The notes below the pieces were generated by a model, which worked only from the letters and a program-made list of their open reading frames with translations, had not been told where the DNA came from and searched no databases. The translations under genes were made by a program, and so were the position numbers. 64,000 nt of DNA from Dehalococcoidia bacterium. Lineage in GTDB: Bacteria > Chloroflexota > Dehalococcoidia > Lucifugimonadales > UBA3495. Positions 42,727-52,331 of the stretch are shown one piece after another. Positions within the stretch are counted from its first letter, which is position 1, and every line of letters begins with the position of its first letter. The DNA lies in the NCBI GenBank assembly GCA_965203435.1, contig CBDBCU010000006.1, forward strand, positions 38,028-102,027. Direction: 5' to 3'.

Positions 42727-43902
42727 CTAACCTACTGGAATCTGGTTCATTCCCAAGCGCACCCGGCCCGGCTGATCCAGCAGCGACTGGGCGATTTTGG
42801 CCCGATGCTCAAAGCTCGTCCCCAGCCGCAGCGTCCACGCCGTCACCCGCCGGAACCACAAATGCAGGTCAAACTCCATCATAAACCCCATCCCCCCGTG
42901 AATGACCTGGGAGGAACGGACTACCGCCTCCAGCTTGTCGTTGCAGAACGCCTTGGCTTGAGACACCTCGACGCCGGCCGGCAAGCCCTGATCCATTTTC
43001 CACAGGGCTTCATAGGTGAGCAGCTGCCCGCCGTCCACCCACAAAATCATATCGGCGCAGATGTGCTGAATGGACTGGAAAGCGGCGATGGGCCGCCCGA
43101 AAGCCGCCCGATTCTTGGCGTACTCAATGCCCATTTCCGCATCTTTCCGCGCCGCACCGACCATCTGCGCGCACAGCAAAGCCGTCGCCAATTCCAGCAT
43201 TTCCCGCGCCACCGGCCAGCCCTGATGCAGTTCCCCCACCAGATTGCCCTGAGGAACCCGCACCTGGTCAAAAGCGACCTTGCTCTGCTTATCCTTGGCC
43301 AGGGTGGTCAACGGCGTATGGGATACTCCGGGGCTGGCGGTATCCACCAGCAGCAGCGACAGGCCGGCGCTGTCGGCCGTGGCCGGGGCGGTGCGGCAGA
43401 CCACCAGAACCTGGCCGGCGGCGTTAAAGTTGTCCACAAAGTTTTTGCCGCCGCTGAGTACGAAATCCGCCCCGTCGGCGGTAGCCGTAGCCTGCACCGT
43501 TTCCGGCCGATAGCGGGGATCCGCCTCGGAAAAGGCCCAGGTCAAAACCAAATCCCCCCGGCTGACCGCCGGCAACAGTTGTTGCCGCTGTTCCGCCGTC
43601 CCATGCCGGGCCAGAGTCAAGGCCGCCACGGCGGTGGAATGGAGCGGCGCCGGGGCGATGGCCCGCCCCATTTCCTCCAGGATGATGCCCAGGTAAGTCA
43701 AGGGCAAGCCCTGGCCGCCGTATCCCTCCGGCAGGGATATGCCCAGCCAGCCCAGGTCGGCCATCTTGCGCCACAGCTCCGGCGGATAGCCCAGGTCATC
43801 CTTTTCCATCGCCCGGGCCAGGCGCGGCGGACACTCCGCTTCCAGAAACTCCCGGGCCAGGTTCTTTACCATCTGTTCCTGTTCGTTAGGCAGTACGTCC
43901 AT
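42727..43902 (-). CDS. Acyl-CoA dehydrogenase family protein
   Basis: Typical ACAD N-terminus (EQEQMVKNLAREFLEAE), middle and C-terminal domains (IHGGMGFMMEFDLHLWFRR). Confidence 0.9.
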   Translation of the reverse strand: MDVLPNEQEQMVKNLAREFLEAECPPRLARAMEKDDLGYPPELWRKMADLGWLGISLPEGYGGQGLPLTYLGIILEEMGRAIAPAPLHSTAVAALTLARHGTAEQRQQLLPAVSRGDLVLTWAFSEADPRYRPETVQATATADGADFVLSGGKNFVDNFNAAGQVLVVCRTAPATADSAGLSLLLVDTASPGVSHTPLTTLAKDKQSKVAFDQVRVPQGNLVGELHQGWPVAREMLELATALLCAQMVGAARKDAEMGIEYAKNRAAFGRPIAAFQSIQHICADMILWVDGGQLLTYEALWKMDQGLPAGVEVSQAKAFCNDKLEAVVRSSQVIHGGMGFMMEFDLHLWFRRVTAWTLRLGTSFEHRAKIAQSLLDQPGRVRLGMNQIPVG

Positions 43903-43924
43903 AAACTCCCTTGCTTTCCCCCAG

Positions 43925-44092
43925 TCTGACCGGCAATCCCGCAGTGCTGACCGCAACGCTGACCGGCAATCCCCCAGCCCTGACCGGCAAATTACCGCTT
44001 CAACCGTCTTTCCCGCTCCTCAACCGTCCTTCTCGACCTTCGACCGTCAATCCCGCTTTTTAACCGTCATTCCCGCGTAAGCGGGAACCCGG
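43925..44092. repeat. Tandem ctgaccggcaatccc units followed by family-A left-arm half copies
   Basis: Four ctgacc(g)gcaa... units, then caaccgtctttcccg / caaccgtccttctcg / cgaccgtcaatcccg / aaccgtcattcccgcgtaagcgggaaccc. Confidence 0.75.
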
Positions 44093-44220
44093 AATATAGC
44101 GGATAGGCAACCCGCAAAACCGCCCGGCAACCCGTTATTCCCGGCGCCTACCCATTCTATTGCCGTCCCCGGGAATCGTCAAGTTGCCGTCAAGAGGATA
44201 CCATACCGGGCTATCGCCGG

Positions 44221-44252
44221 TAAAAACCGCCCTTTCCCTTTTCCGGGAAAGG
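44221..44252 (-). terminator. Candidate rho-independent terminator
   Basis: On the minus strand: cctttccc-ggaaaa-gggaaagg, then gcggttttta. About 70 nt after the stop at 44325. Confidence 0.45.
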
Positions 44253-44324
44253 ACGGTGAGCGCTTATTTCGGCATAGGCAACGGCCCGACGGGACAATTC
44301 CCGGCCGGCCCGGTTGCCGCCGCC

Positions 44325-45170
44325 CTAGGGCGGCAGGGTAATGCCGGCCGGCCTGGATTGCGGCCCGGTACCATTGCGGTTCACCGTGGCGATTTTGTAG
44401 GCGTAAGGCCGGCCCCGCCGCACCTCGGTGTCCCGCCAGCCGCTGTTGCCCCCGCCCACGACGGTATGGATGCTCAGGTAACGGGCGTACAGGGAATCGG
44501 CATTTTGCCGGTAGATGATGTATTTCGTGGCCCCGCTCCGCGCATCCCAAGTCAAATCCACTCCGTTCGACCGGTAGGAAACCTCAAAGTTCTCCGGCGG
44601 CAGCAGCGGCAAGTTGCTGCCCACCCGATGGGTCAAAGGATCGCGGATGGCCCGGGAGAGCCGCGTCCGCGCCGCATAGTCGTTAATGTTGCCGGAGCCG
44701 CGATAATCGTTGTTGACGAAAACCGCATGGGGCGCTTTGATGGCATCCCGCCCCATACTGATGCCGTCCACATCCCGGTCAGCCGCCACTACCGTATATT
44801 CCCAATGATGTTCGGTATGGCCGTAGACGTTAATGGACTGGTCGCTGTACGCGGCCCGGCGGTTGGTGTCGCCGATTTCAATTTCCAGTTCCGGCCACTG
44901 GATCGGCTGATGCGGCGGCGTGGTCTGAATCACCCGCACCGGCTTGTTGAAAGTCACCGTAATCGTAACCGTCTCCCCGGCCCGGTACGCATCCCCATCG
45001 GCCGCCGTCGAGGTTATCTGATTCTTGGTGATGATTAGCGACCAGTCCGTAGCCGCCGCCTCCCGCCCGGAAAGCCCGGCCAGGGCCAGCAGCCCCACGA
45101 CGGCCGCCAGCGCCAACAGCCCGGCCAGCCCGGCCCAGCCCCGCCGCCCTTGCCTTATCCCTTTCATCAT
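44325..45170 (-). CDS. Secreted/membrane-anchored hypothetical protein with C-terminal fibronectin-III-like domain
   Basis: N-terminal signal/TM WAGLAGLLALAAVVGLLALAGL. C-terminal PPENFEVSYRSNGVDLTWDARSGATKYIIYRQ...YAYKIATVN is an FN3 pattern. Confidence 0.6.
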   Translation of the reverse strand: MMKGIRQGRRGWAGLAGLLALAAVVGLLALAGLSGREAAATDWSLIITKNQITSTAADGDAYRAGETVTITVTFNKPVRVIQTTPPHQPIQWPELEIEIGDTNRRAAYSDQSINVYGHTEHHWEYTVVAADRDVDGISMGRDAIKAPHAVFVNNDYRGSGNINDYAARTRLSRAIRDPLTHRVGSNLPLLPPENFEVSYRSNGVDLTWDARSGATKYIIYRQNADSLYARYLSIHTVVGGGNSGWRDTEVRRGRPYAYKIATVNRNGTGPQSRPAGITLPP

Positions 45171-45357
45171 ACCCGCCTCCTAATGCGCTGATTCCGCTCT
45201 ATACCGGCAACCGTTGCATACCCCGCCGCCCCTTGTCAATCCATAAAACCGCTTTGATTCCCCTGGCTTTTGGCGGATTTTTCCCTTGCCTTGAACTGCC
45301 GACAGTATGAACCGGTCAAAAGCCAGGGGACGCCGCCCGGCCCCAAGCCGGCGCATT

Positions 45358-45393
45358 AAAAAACCGCCCATCCCCCTGACGCGGGACGGGCGG
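45358..45393 (-). terminator. Rho-independent terminator of the acyl-CoA dehydrogenase gene
   Basis: On the minus strand: ccgcccgtccc-gcgtcagg-gggatgggcgg followed by tttttt. 38 nt after the stop at 45431. Confidence 0.7.
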
Positions 45394-45430
45394 CTGATAG
45401 CTGCTCTCTGAAAGACCCAGCCCGGAACGA

Positions 45431-46633
45431 CTACCCCCGGGGCATTCCCAACCCCCGCCGGGCAATCTGATCCCGCATTACCTGAGTGCTGCCGTGATTG
45501 ATGCCCGACTGGAAAGAACCCATCAGGTTGTGGGCAAACACCCCCTCCTCAATGGCATCCTCCGACCCGTTAAGCAGTTGGGCATAAGGCCCCAGGATTT
45601 GGGAGATGGTTTCGGTGGTGCGGACGCCATGCTCCGGCGCAAAAACCTTTTCCGCCGCCCCCTCGTAGGTAAAGCTGCCGCCCTGCTCCACTAGCGACAT
45701 ACTCCGCATCGTCATCAGCCGGCAGACCTGCGCCTCAATCCACAGCTCGGCAAGGCGATCCCGCACCGCCGGATCCTCGGCCACCCGGTAACCGCCCAGG
45801 TCCTGCTCCTTGACATAGTTGACGATGTCCTCGTCCCGCTGCACCGAAATCAGGTAGCGGCTGGCCCCCACCCGATCCAGGTTCAGTCCCATGGCCCCCA
45901 CATACCAGCCCATATTTTCCTCCCCCAGCAGGCAGGAGGCCGGGGCCCGCACATCCTCGAAAAAGACCTCGTTAGTGCGGGCATCCCCATAGGTCGTGCC
46001 GCTGGGCGCCGGCGGATCGTTCTGAATCGTCCACAGCGGCCGCACCGTAATTCCCGGCGTGTCCATAGGGATCAGGAAAATGGAAATGCCGCGATGCTTG
46101 GGGGCCTCCGGGTCGGTGCGCGCCATCAGGTAGATATGGCTGGCGTAGTGCGCCCCGGTGGTGAACATCTTTTGCCCGTTGATGACATAGTCATCGCCGT
46201 CCCGCACCGCCCGGCATTGCAGGCTGGCCAGGTCGGCCCCGGCCTGCGGCTCGGTAAAGCCCAAGGCAAAGGAGATTTCCCCCCGAATCAGGCCCGGCAG
46301 AAAATACTTTTTCTGCTCCTCGGTGCCGGCCGCCAGAATGGCCGGCGCGCCGCTGCCGGCCCCGCCCACGGTAATGCCCACCCGGGCAAACTCCTCCTCC
46401 ACGATATACTGGTCAATGCGGCTGCCGTCCTGACCGCCGTACTCCTTGGGCCAGCTGATGCCGACCCAGCCCTTTTCGCCCAGCTTGCGGTACATTTCCC
46501 GCACCTGCGGCCCCCGGCGGCGGACGCCCATTTCCTCGATTTCCCGCCGCACCTCCGGGGTTACATTTTCCTCAATAAAGCGGCGGACTTCCGCCCGCAG
46601 GGTTTCCTGTTCCGGGGTATAAGCAAAGTCCAT
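45431..46633 (-). CDS. Acyl-CoA dehydrogenase family protein
   Basis: MDFAYTPEQETLRAEVRRFIEENV..., FALGFTEPQAGADLASL, GSTQVMRDQIARRGLG. Confidence 0.9.
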   Translation of the reverse strand: MDFAYTPEQETLRAEVRRFIEENVTPEVRREIEEMGVRRRGPQVREMYRKLGEKGWVGISWPKEYGGQDGSRIDQYIVEEEFARVGITVGGAGSGAPAILAAGTEEQKKYFLPGLIRGEISFALGFTEPQAGADLASLQCRAVRDGDDYVINGQKMFTTGAHYASHIYLMARTDPEAPKHRGISIFLIPMDTPGITVRPLWTIQNDPPAPSGTTYGDARTNEVFFEDVRAPASCLLGEENMGWYVGAMGLNLDRVGASRYLISVQRDEDIVNYVKEQDLGGYRVAEDPAVRDRLAELWIEAQVCRLMTMRSMSLVEQGGSFTYEGAAEKVFAPEHGVRTTETISQILGPYAQLLNGSEDAIEEGVFAHNLMGSFQSGINHGSTQVMRDQIARRGLGMPRG

Positions 46634-46713
46634 AACCCTTCCCTCCCAGCGCGCCGCTGGCAATTTTAAGGAATTATATACCAAACCGGGCCCGCCGGCA
46701 AAACCGCTTTTGC

Positions 46714-46955
46714 CCTACCTTACCGTCCTTCCCGCGCAAGCGGGAACCCCGACCGTCCTTCCCGCCCTTTTTACCGTCCTTCCCGCGTAAGCGGGAATCC
46801 CGAACGGTGATGCCCTAGGATGCCGCCTTACCGTCCTTCCCGGCCGCCCCCTACCGTCCTTCCCGCGTAAGCGGGAATCCCGAAATGCCTGAGGGATGGT
46901 ATGCCGGTCTTGGCAGTACCGTTCGGGATTCCCGCTTACGCGGGAATGACGGTAA
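46714..46955. repeat. Family-A cluster (4-5 left arms plus one full element)
   Basis: The full element at about 46848-46953 has a spacer closely resembling the 5841-5944 copy (cccgaaatgcct.a...ggta.gccggt.ttggca...ccgttcggg). Confidence 0.85.
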
Positions 46956-46999
46956 AAAGGGCGATAGCCCGGCCCCCTTTACCCCCCAGCAACCCCCAC

Positions 47000-48850
47000 C
47001 TACCCCATCCCGCCCAGAACCGGCCGCAATTCCTGCACCAAAGCCGGCAGATATTCCCGCCAATCGCCGACAATCCCATAATCGGCGGCCTTGAAAATGG
47101 GATGCCGCCGGTTAGTGTTCACCGCAATAATCGTCCCGGCTTTCTGGATGCCGACGGTGTGGTCAAAGACCCCCCGGATGCCGACCGCCAGATAGACCTG
47201 CGGCGCAATGGCCCGCCCGCTGATGCCCACTTGCAGCTGATGCGGCAGCCAGCCGGCATGAACCGCATTGCGGGTCGTAGCCAGGACCGCCCCCATTTCC
47301 GCCGCCAGTTCCCGGGCCGCCGGCAGATTTTCCGGGCCGCCCAAGCCCATCCCCACGCCCATAACCACCGGGGCTTGGGCCAGGGCAACGCCGCCGCTAT
47401 CCTCCTGATAATGGCTTTCCCGCAGGATAATGTCCGCCCCGGCCAATGCCGGCGCCGGCAAAACTTCTACCGCAGCCGTTGCGCTGTAATCCGATTCCAA
47501 CGGCGTCAGCAAGCCCGGCCGCAGCGTAACCATATTGGGCAAAGTCTTGGACAGGATGGGCGCGAGGACATTGCCGCCCAAGGCCGGTTTCAGCTGTACC
47601 AACCGCCCCTGCTCGTCAATTTCCAAGTCAATGGCATCGCCGGTCAAGCCCAAGCCCAAGCGGGCCGCGCTGCGGGCGGCCAAATCCCGCCCGTCGGCCG
47701 TGGCGGCGAATAATACCGCATAGGGCCGGGCCGCCGCTATCGCCGCCGCCAGAGCGGCCGCCACGCCCCGGCTGCATACCGGCCCCAATTCCGCATTGTC
47801 CAAGGTCATTACCCGGTCGGCCCCATAGGCCGCCAATTCCGCAATCATTTCCGGCCGGGCCGGGCCGATTAGCGCGGTTGCCACGGCGCTATGCGTAACC
47901 GCCGCCAATTCCCGGGCCTTGCCCAGCAATTCCAGCGTTACCCGCCGCAAGCCCTCCCCGGCGGTTTCCGCCACTACCCAGATGCTTTGCTCCCGGTTAT
48001 CCGGGTAACGGATTGCCGGCCGCTTGCCAGTCGTTCCGGGATTATTCCCTGGATTTTCCGACACGGCGGCCAAGCGTTCCCGCAGCAGTTGCGCCACCTG
48101 TTGAGCGGCCGTTTCCGGGCTTTCCCCCTCAATCATAATGCCCAGCCGCGTCGGTTCTACCAGCCGAATATCCGCTACCCAAGTGGGGGATCCCGCCAGC
48201 CCGAATTGGGACAAATCCGCGGAAAGTTGGGCGCAGGTCAATTCCTCGACCGGCTTTTCCCGGGCCGCTGCCACTTGTTCCCGGTTGGCAAAGGTTTCCG
48301 CCGCCACCCCCTCGGTAACGCAGACCAGGGCCGGCAGGGAACACTCGATAACCTGATACCCCTCGTCGGTGATCCGCTCGGCGACAATGCGGTGGCTATC
48401 CGCTAGATATTCCAGTTTGCGGACTTGGCTGAGGTGGGGGAGGCCCAACAATTCGGCCAATTCCGGGCCGACCTGCCCGGTTTCGGCATCGGCGCTGTTG
48501 CGGCCGCAGACAATCAAATCCGGCTGTTCCCGCTGCAAAGCCAGGCTCAAGGCCCGGGCCGTGGCCAGGGTGTCGGAGCCGGCCAAAGCCCGGTCGCTCA
48601 GCAATACCGCCCGATCCGCGCCCAGGGCCAGGCAGGTGGTCAATCCCTCGGCGGCCTGCGGCGGCCCCATCGACAAGGCGACCACTTCATCCCCCGGCCC
48701 GGACTTCAGTTCTACCGCCCGGGTCAAGCCCAAGACATCAAAGGGGTTCACCTCCGACGGCACCCCCTCGCGGATGATGGTCTTGCTTTCATAGTCAAAG
48801 GTGATGCGGGACACCACCGGCACATATTTGACGCACACCGCCGTTTTCAT
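47000..48850 (-). CDS. Fused electron-transfer flavoprotein, beta (EtfB) then alpha (EtfA) in one 616-aa polypeptide
   Basis: N-terminal half MKTAVCVKYVPVV...NPFDVLGLTRAVELK is EtfB-like. C-terminal half ...IWVVAE...GRDLAARSAARLGLGLTGDAIDLE...AIAPQVYLAVGIRGVFDHTVGIQKAGTIIAVN is EtfA-like. GAGGAG upstream of the ATG at 48848-48850. Confidence 0.85.
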   Translation of the reverse strand: MKTAVCVKYVPVVSRITFDYESKTIIREGVPSEVNPFDVLGLTRAVELKSGPGDEVVALSMGPPQAAEGLTTCLALGADRAVLLSDRALAGSDTLATARALSLALQREQPDLIVCGRNSADAETGQVGPELAELLGLPHLSQVRKLEYLADSHRIVAERITDEGYQVIECSLPALVCVTEGVAAETFANREQVAAAREKPVEELTCAQLSADLSQFGLAGSPTWVADIRLVEPTRLGIMIEGESPETAAQQVAQLLRERLAAVSENPGNNPGTTGKRPAIRYPDNREQSIWVVAETAGEGLRRVTLELLGKARELAAVTHSAVATALIGPARPEMIAELAAYGADRVMTLDNAELGPVCSRGVAAALAAAIAAARPYAVLFAATADGRDLAARSAARLGLGLTGDAIDLEIDEQGRLVQLKPALGGNVLAPILSKTLPNMVTLRPGLLTPLESDYSATAAVEVLPAPALAGADIILRESHYQEDSGGVALAQAPVVMGVGMGLGGPENLPAARELAAEMGAVLATTRNAVHAGWLPHQLQVGISGRAIAPQVYLAVGIRGVFDHTVGIQKAGTIIAVNTNRRHPIFKAADYGIVGDWREYLPALVQELRPVLGGMG

Positions 48851-48889
48851 CCGCCTACTCCTCAGGACTTTCCAATCGTTCCAGCAAAT

Positions 48890-48917
48890 CCGCTCATCCT
48901 GAACTTGTTGAAGGATG
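48890..48917. repeat. Family-B repeat
   Basis: ccgctcatcctgaacttgttgaaggatg, between the pncB stop and the etf start. Confidence 0.85.
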
Positions 48918-48925
48918 CCCAACGG

Positions 48926-50314
48926 CTACGGGCCATCGGGACTTTCCAACCGTTCCAACAAATTGCCCTGCACCTGGTTAGTCAGCCGCATCAGGGCGGG
49001 ACTGAACTCCACCGGGTAGCGGGGCGGTTGACGCAATCGCCGATAAGCCGCCGGCAGCTGCCCGAAATCCTGTTGAAAGCGTTCCCGCATTTCCGCCAGG
49101 GTCGGATCCGGCCGGGTGCGCCGCCCGTCCGTCATCACCGTTTCCAGTAGCGGCTCCCCGCCGGGCAGGTTTTCCGTATCCAAGGCCACCACATCCCGCG
49201 CCCACTGGCCGGCCGCCTCCCGCAGCCGATAAACCTGCTTGGCTCCCGGCGGCGACACCTTGCCCGGACTCAGTTTCATCACCGGCTGCCCATCGTAGCT
49301 TACCAGCTTGTAAGACATATCGGTATAGGGCGCATCGGCGGAAACGCTGACCTTAGTGCCAACGCCGAAAATATCAATGGGCGCGCCGCCTTGTACCAAG
49401 TCCGCAATCCCATATTCATCCAACCCGCCGCTGACCACGATTTGCGTATAATCCAACCCGGCGGCATCCAGAATAGCCCGTACTTGCCGGCTCAGTTGGG
49501 CATAATCCCCGGAATCCAGCCGCACCCCGGCCAGGCGGTTGCCGGCGGCCGCCATTTCCTGCCCGACAATGGCGGCGTTATGGGCTCCGGCGATAGTGTC
49601 ATAGGTATCCAACAGCAGGACGGCGTTTTGCGGAAAAGTGGCGGCGTAGGCCCGGAAAGCGTCAATTTCCGCCGGAAAGGCGGTGATGTAGGAATGGGCC
49701 ATCGTGCCGGCCGGGGGGATGCCATAACGCTGCGCCGCCAGGGCATTGCTGGTGGACTCAAAGCCGGCAATCCAGCCGGCCCGGGACATGGTCAGCGCCG
49801 CATCGGCTCCGGGCGACCGCCGCGCCCCGAAATCCGACACTACCCGGCCATCGGCGGCGGCCACGCAGCGGGCGGCGATGGTGGCCTGCAAACTCTGAAA
49901 GTTCAGCCGGTTAATCAGCCAAGTTTCGGCCAGTTGCCCCTCGATAATCGGCGCCGTTACTTCCACGAGGGGCGCTTTGCCAAAATAGAGCCGCCCCTCG
50001 GCCAAGGCCCGGACGCTGCCGGTAAAGCGCAGCCCGGCCAGATATTCCAGAAACTCCCTACGGAACCGCCCGGTTTCCCGCAGGAACTCAAGGCTGGCCG
50101 GGCCAAAATGCAGGTTTTCCAGAAACTCCAACCCCTCCGCCAACCCGGCGCTCACCAGATAGCCCCGATTGGCCGGCAGATTGCGGACAAAAAGGCTGAA
50201 CACCGCCGGCCCGAACCTCCGCCGGTCAAAATAAGCCTGGGCCATCGTCAACTCGTACCAGTCGGTAAACAGGCCCAGGGCCTCGGGGGAAAGGGTATAA
50301 GCGTTGGCGGTCAT
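48926..50314 (-). CDS. pncB: Nicotinate phosphoribosyltransferase
   Basis: LFTDWYELTMAQAYF..., GTMAHSYI, LLLDTYDT, GVRLDSGD. Confidence 0.9.
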   Translation of the reverse strand: MTANAYTLSPEALGLFTDWYELTMAQAYFDRRRFGPAVFSLFVRNLPANRGYLVSAGLAEGLEFLENLHFGPASLEFLRETGRFRREFLEYLAGLRFTGSVRALAEGRLYFGKAPLVEVTAPIIEGQLAETWLINRLNFQSLQATIAARCVAAADGRVVSDFGARRSPGADAALTMSRAGWIAGFESTSNALAAQRYGIPPAGTMAHSYITAFPAEIDAFRAYAATFPQNAVLLLDTYDTIAGAHNAAIVGQEMAAAGNRLAGVRLDSGDYAQLSRQVRAILDAAGLDYTQIVVSGGLDEYGIADLVQGGAPIDIFGVGTKVSVSADAPYTDMSYKLVSYDGQPVMKLSPGKVSPPGAKQVYRLREAAGQWARDVVALDTENLPGGEPLLETVMTDGRRTRPDPTLAEMRERFQQDFGQLPAAYRRLRQPPRYPVEFSPALMRLTNQVQGNLLERLESPDGP

Positions 50315-50412
50315 AACAGAGGCTATTATGTTTGCGGATAGGCCGGTCTGTCAATCAGGAAAGGGATGGGACTGAAACAAAGGGTATCCCCGGCTTTTGG
50401 GTGAGGATGGGA

Positions 50413-50694
50413 TTAGCCGATTTGCGCTTCGTAGCGGCCGGCCGATTTTTTGACCGCCTGCGCCAAATCATAGGCGGCTTGCAACTGGTACCAGGTAGCC
50501 GCGCCGCCGCCAAAAACCCGGTCGAGGCGTATCGCCATCGCCGGCGATATTCCCGCATGGCCGTTCACGATGTTGGACAGTTGCTTGCGGCTGACCCCAA
50601 GCTTTTCCGCCGCCGCCGTCAAACTCAGGCCCCTAGGCTCCAGGCAGTCGTGCCGGATTGCCAGCCCGGGATGCGGCGGGTTATGCATTGGCAT
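50413..50694 (-). CDS. higA: HigA-family antitoxin (XRE HTH)
   Basis: [60 protein letters not shown] upstream of the ATG at 50692-50694. Confidence 0.85.
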   Translation of the reverse strand: MPMHNPPHPGLAIRHDCLEPRGLSLTAAAEKLGVSRKQLSNIVNGHAGISPAMAIRLDRVFGGGAATWYQLQAAYDLAQAVKKSAGRYEAQIG

Positions 50695-50706
50695 TTCCCC
50701 CAACTC

Positions 50707-50985
50707 CTAGTGGTAGTCGACCAGATCTACGTCCAGAAAATTGCCGGCCTCGAAGCGGAAAATCAGCCGCCAGTTGCCGGATACGGAGACGGCCCAGAAG
50801 CCGTTCAGGTTGCCGCTTAAGCGATGCAACCGGTAACCCGGGAGGTTCATATTCTCTGGCGTGGCGGCTACTTCAAGCCGAGCCAGGATACGCTCGATTT
50901 TATCCGCATATTCCGGCGGGATGTACCGCCGGTCTCCCTGCTCGTACAGCCGTCGTAGCCCCCGGTGCCGGAACCCCACTATCAT
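50707..50985 (-). CDS. higB: HigB-type (RelE/ParE superfamily) toxin
   Basis: FRHRGLRRLYEQGDRRYIPPEYADKIERILARL...YRLHRLSGNLNGFWAVSVSGNWRLIFRF. Confidence 0.85.
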   Translation of the reverse strand: MIVGFRHRGLRRLYEQGDRRYIPPEYADKIERILARLEVAATPENMNLPGYRLHRLSGNLNGFWAVSVSGNWRLIFRFEAGNFLDVDLVDYH

Positions 50986-51100
50986 AGTCAGCCAGTGTAA
51001 CCGGTTGCTTCACGAATTTCAATCCTTGCTGGCGCTGAATATATGCTAGTGAGCGCCCTTTGCCCTTTGCCATCCGCCGGTATCCCGCAATTTTGGGCAT

Positions 51101-51143
51101 TAAACAGCAAAATACCGGGGCGGGCCGGTATGGCCCGCCCCGG
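51101..51143 (-). terminator. Rho-independent terminator
   Basis: 12-bp perfect stem ccggggcgggcc/ggcccgccccgg, followed on the minus strand by tattttgctgttt. 22 nt after the stop at 51165. Confidence 0.65.
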
Positions 51144-51164
51144 CAAAAGTTCCCGGAGCGCCGG

Positions 51165-51812
51165 CTACTGGCAAAAATTCCGGAATTTTTCTCCGGCGGA
51201 AACGGATAGTTTCATGATGTCTTTATCCGCATCGCCTACATCCTCGATAGCGTCCGCGGCATCACCGGAATCCTGAGCGACTGCGGAGTTCACGAAATCT
51301 TCGTACCGTTCAGCGGCCTCCTCCAGCAGGTCAGCCATGCGTTCCAGGTCGGAATGTATGTCCCGAACCGATTCCGGATCGCTGCCAAACCGGCGCAGCT
51401 GTTTCGCGTTGGTTTCCATGCGCTTCTGCATACCCCTTACGCGGCCAAGCCATTCCGGGTTGCCAAGCATCATACTGTTGCTGGCAACTTGGTTTGACAG
51501 ACTACGCATAAGCTCCAAGTCTGTCAGCACCGCCAACATCGTATCGCTCTTGCGGGACAGGTATAGCTCCTCGGCTATGGTCGGGCATTCGTCGGTGGTA
51601 GGAATCGGCCCTGGCGTTACTGCCAGGGTCGGGGCGTTGGCGGAGGAGGTTTCCGCGCCCGGGCCGGAAGTCGCCGGTTGGGAATCCGGAGCCGCGGTTT
51701 GGGTCTGCTCCTCGCCGCTGCCGGTGATAGCCAGGATAACGGCCAGGATGAGGGTCAAGGCGAGAAACCCGCCGCACCCGATGCCGCCGAACTTCAGAAC
51801 CTTCTTGAACAT
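51165..51812 (-). CDS. Hypothetical membrane-anchored protein
   Basis: ATG at 51810-51812 (MFKKVLKFGGIGCGGFLALTLILAVILAI), Ser/Thr/Pro linker, helical C-terminal domain. GC looks lower by eye. No family recognised. Confidence 0.55.
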   Translation of the reverse strand: MFKKVLKFGGIGCGGFLALTLILAVILAITGSGEEQTQTAAPDSQPATSGPGAETSSANAPTLAVTPGPIPTTDECPTIAEELYLSRKSDTMLAVLTDLELMRSLSNQVASNSMMLGNPEWLGRVRGMQKRMETNAKQLRRFGSDPESVRDIHSDLERMADLLEEAAERYEDFVNSAVAQDSGDAADAIEDVGDADKDIMKLSVSAGEKFRNFCQ

Positions 51813-52045
51813 AAAGCGCCCCCTCGTGGTCAGGATGCAATCGTCACAACCGCATCGGCCCTCGCGGGTCCACTCAGGGGCAATAAATTGCACCCATCGC
51901 TGGCTGCCCGATTCAGGGCAGCCGACCCGCGATAAAAAGACCACTCGGTTAGCCGAGGGCGGTTGTGACGGGGTTACTTTAGCACACAAGCAGCGATTTG
52001 GAAACCCGGTTTTGCAATGGATTTAGCAATCCGCCCAATTCCCAT

Positions 52046-52074
52046 TTGACACCCGCCCCATCTTTAGTTATTAT
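52046..52074 (+). promoter_or_regulatory. Promoter TTGACA-17-TATTAT driving the SAM riboswitch operon
   Basis: Consensus -35 at 52046-52051, 17-nt spacer, -10 at 52069-52074. About 40 nt upstream of the riboswitch P1. Confidence 0.65.
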
Positions 52075-52115
52075 TACTGGCGGCAGCCCTTAAAAACCGA
52101 ATACCCTATCTGGAA

Positions 52116-52297
52116 CCCTTATCCAGAACGGCAGAGGGATCGGCCCGACGAAGCCAGGCAACCGCCCCGGCCGGCGGCTTAACCGCCGCTGACCCGGCAA
52201 GGTGCTAAATCCGGCGTCTCCCCCGTTACAACGGGAGACGAAAGATGAGGGAGTTGCAGCTCAGCGGCGCTTCTCCCCCCGGAGAAGCTTTTTTATT
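52116..52297 (+). promoter_or_regulatory. SAM-I (S-box) riboswitch with intrinsic terminator
   Basis: P1 cccttatc(52116-52123)/gatgaggg(52244-52251). Conserved core GGCAGAGGGAUCGGCCCGACGAAGCCAGGCAACC...AAGGUGCUAAAUCC. Terminator gcttctcc-cccc-ggagaagc + tttttt at 52269-52297. Confidence 0.9.
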
Positions 52298-52331
52298 GCC
52301 CGGAAATTGTCCCCCGGCAGGAAACATTGCC

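Noticed and set aside
52245-52331. The ATG at 52245 as the mtnA start (ORF-track start).
   Set aside because: The ATG is part of the 3' strand of SAM-I helix P1 and lies upstream of the riboswitch terminator (52269-52297). Conserved MtnA sequence begins only after the TTG at 52332.
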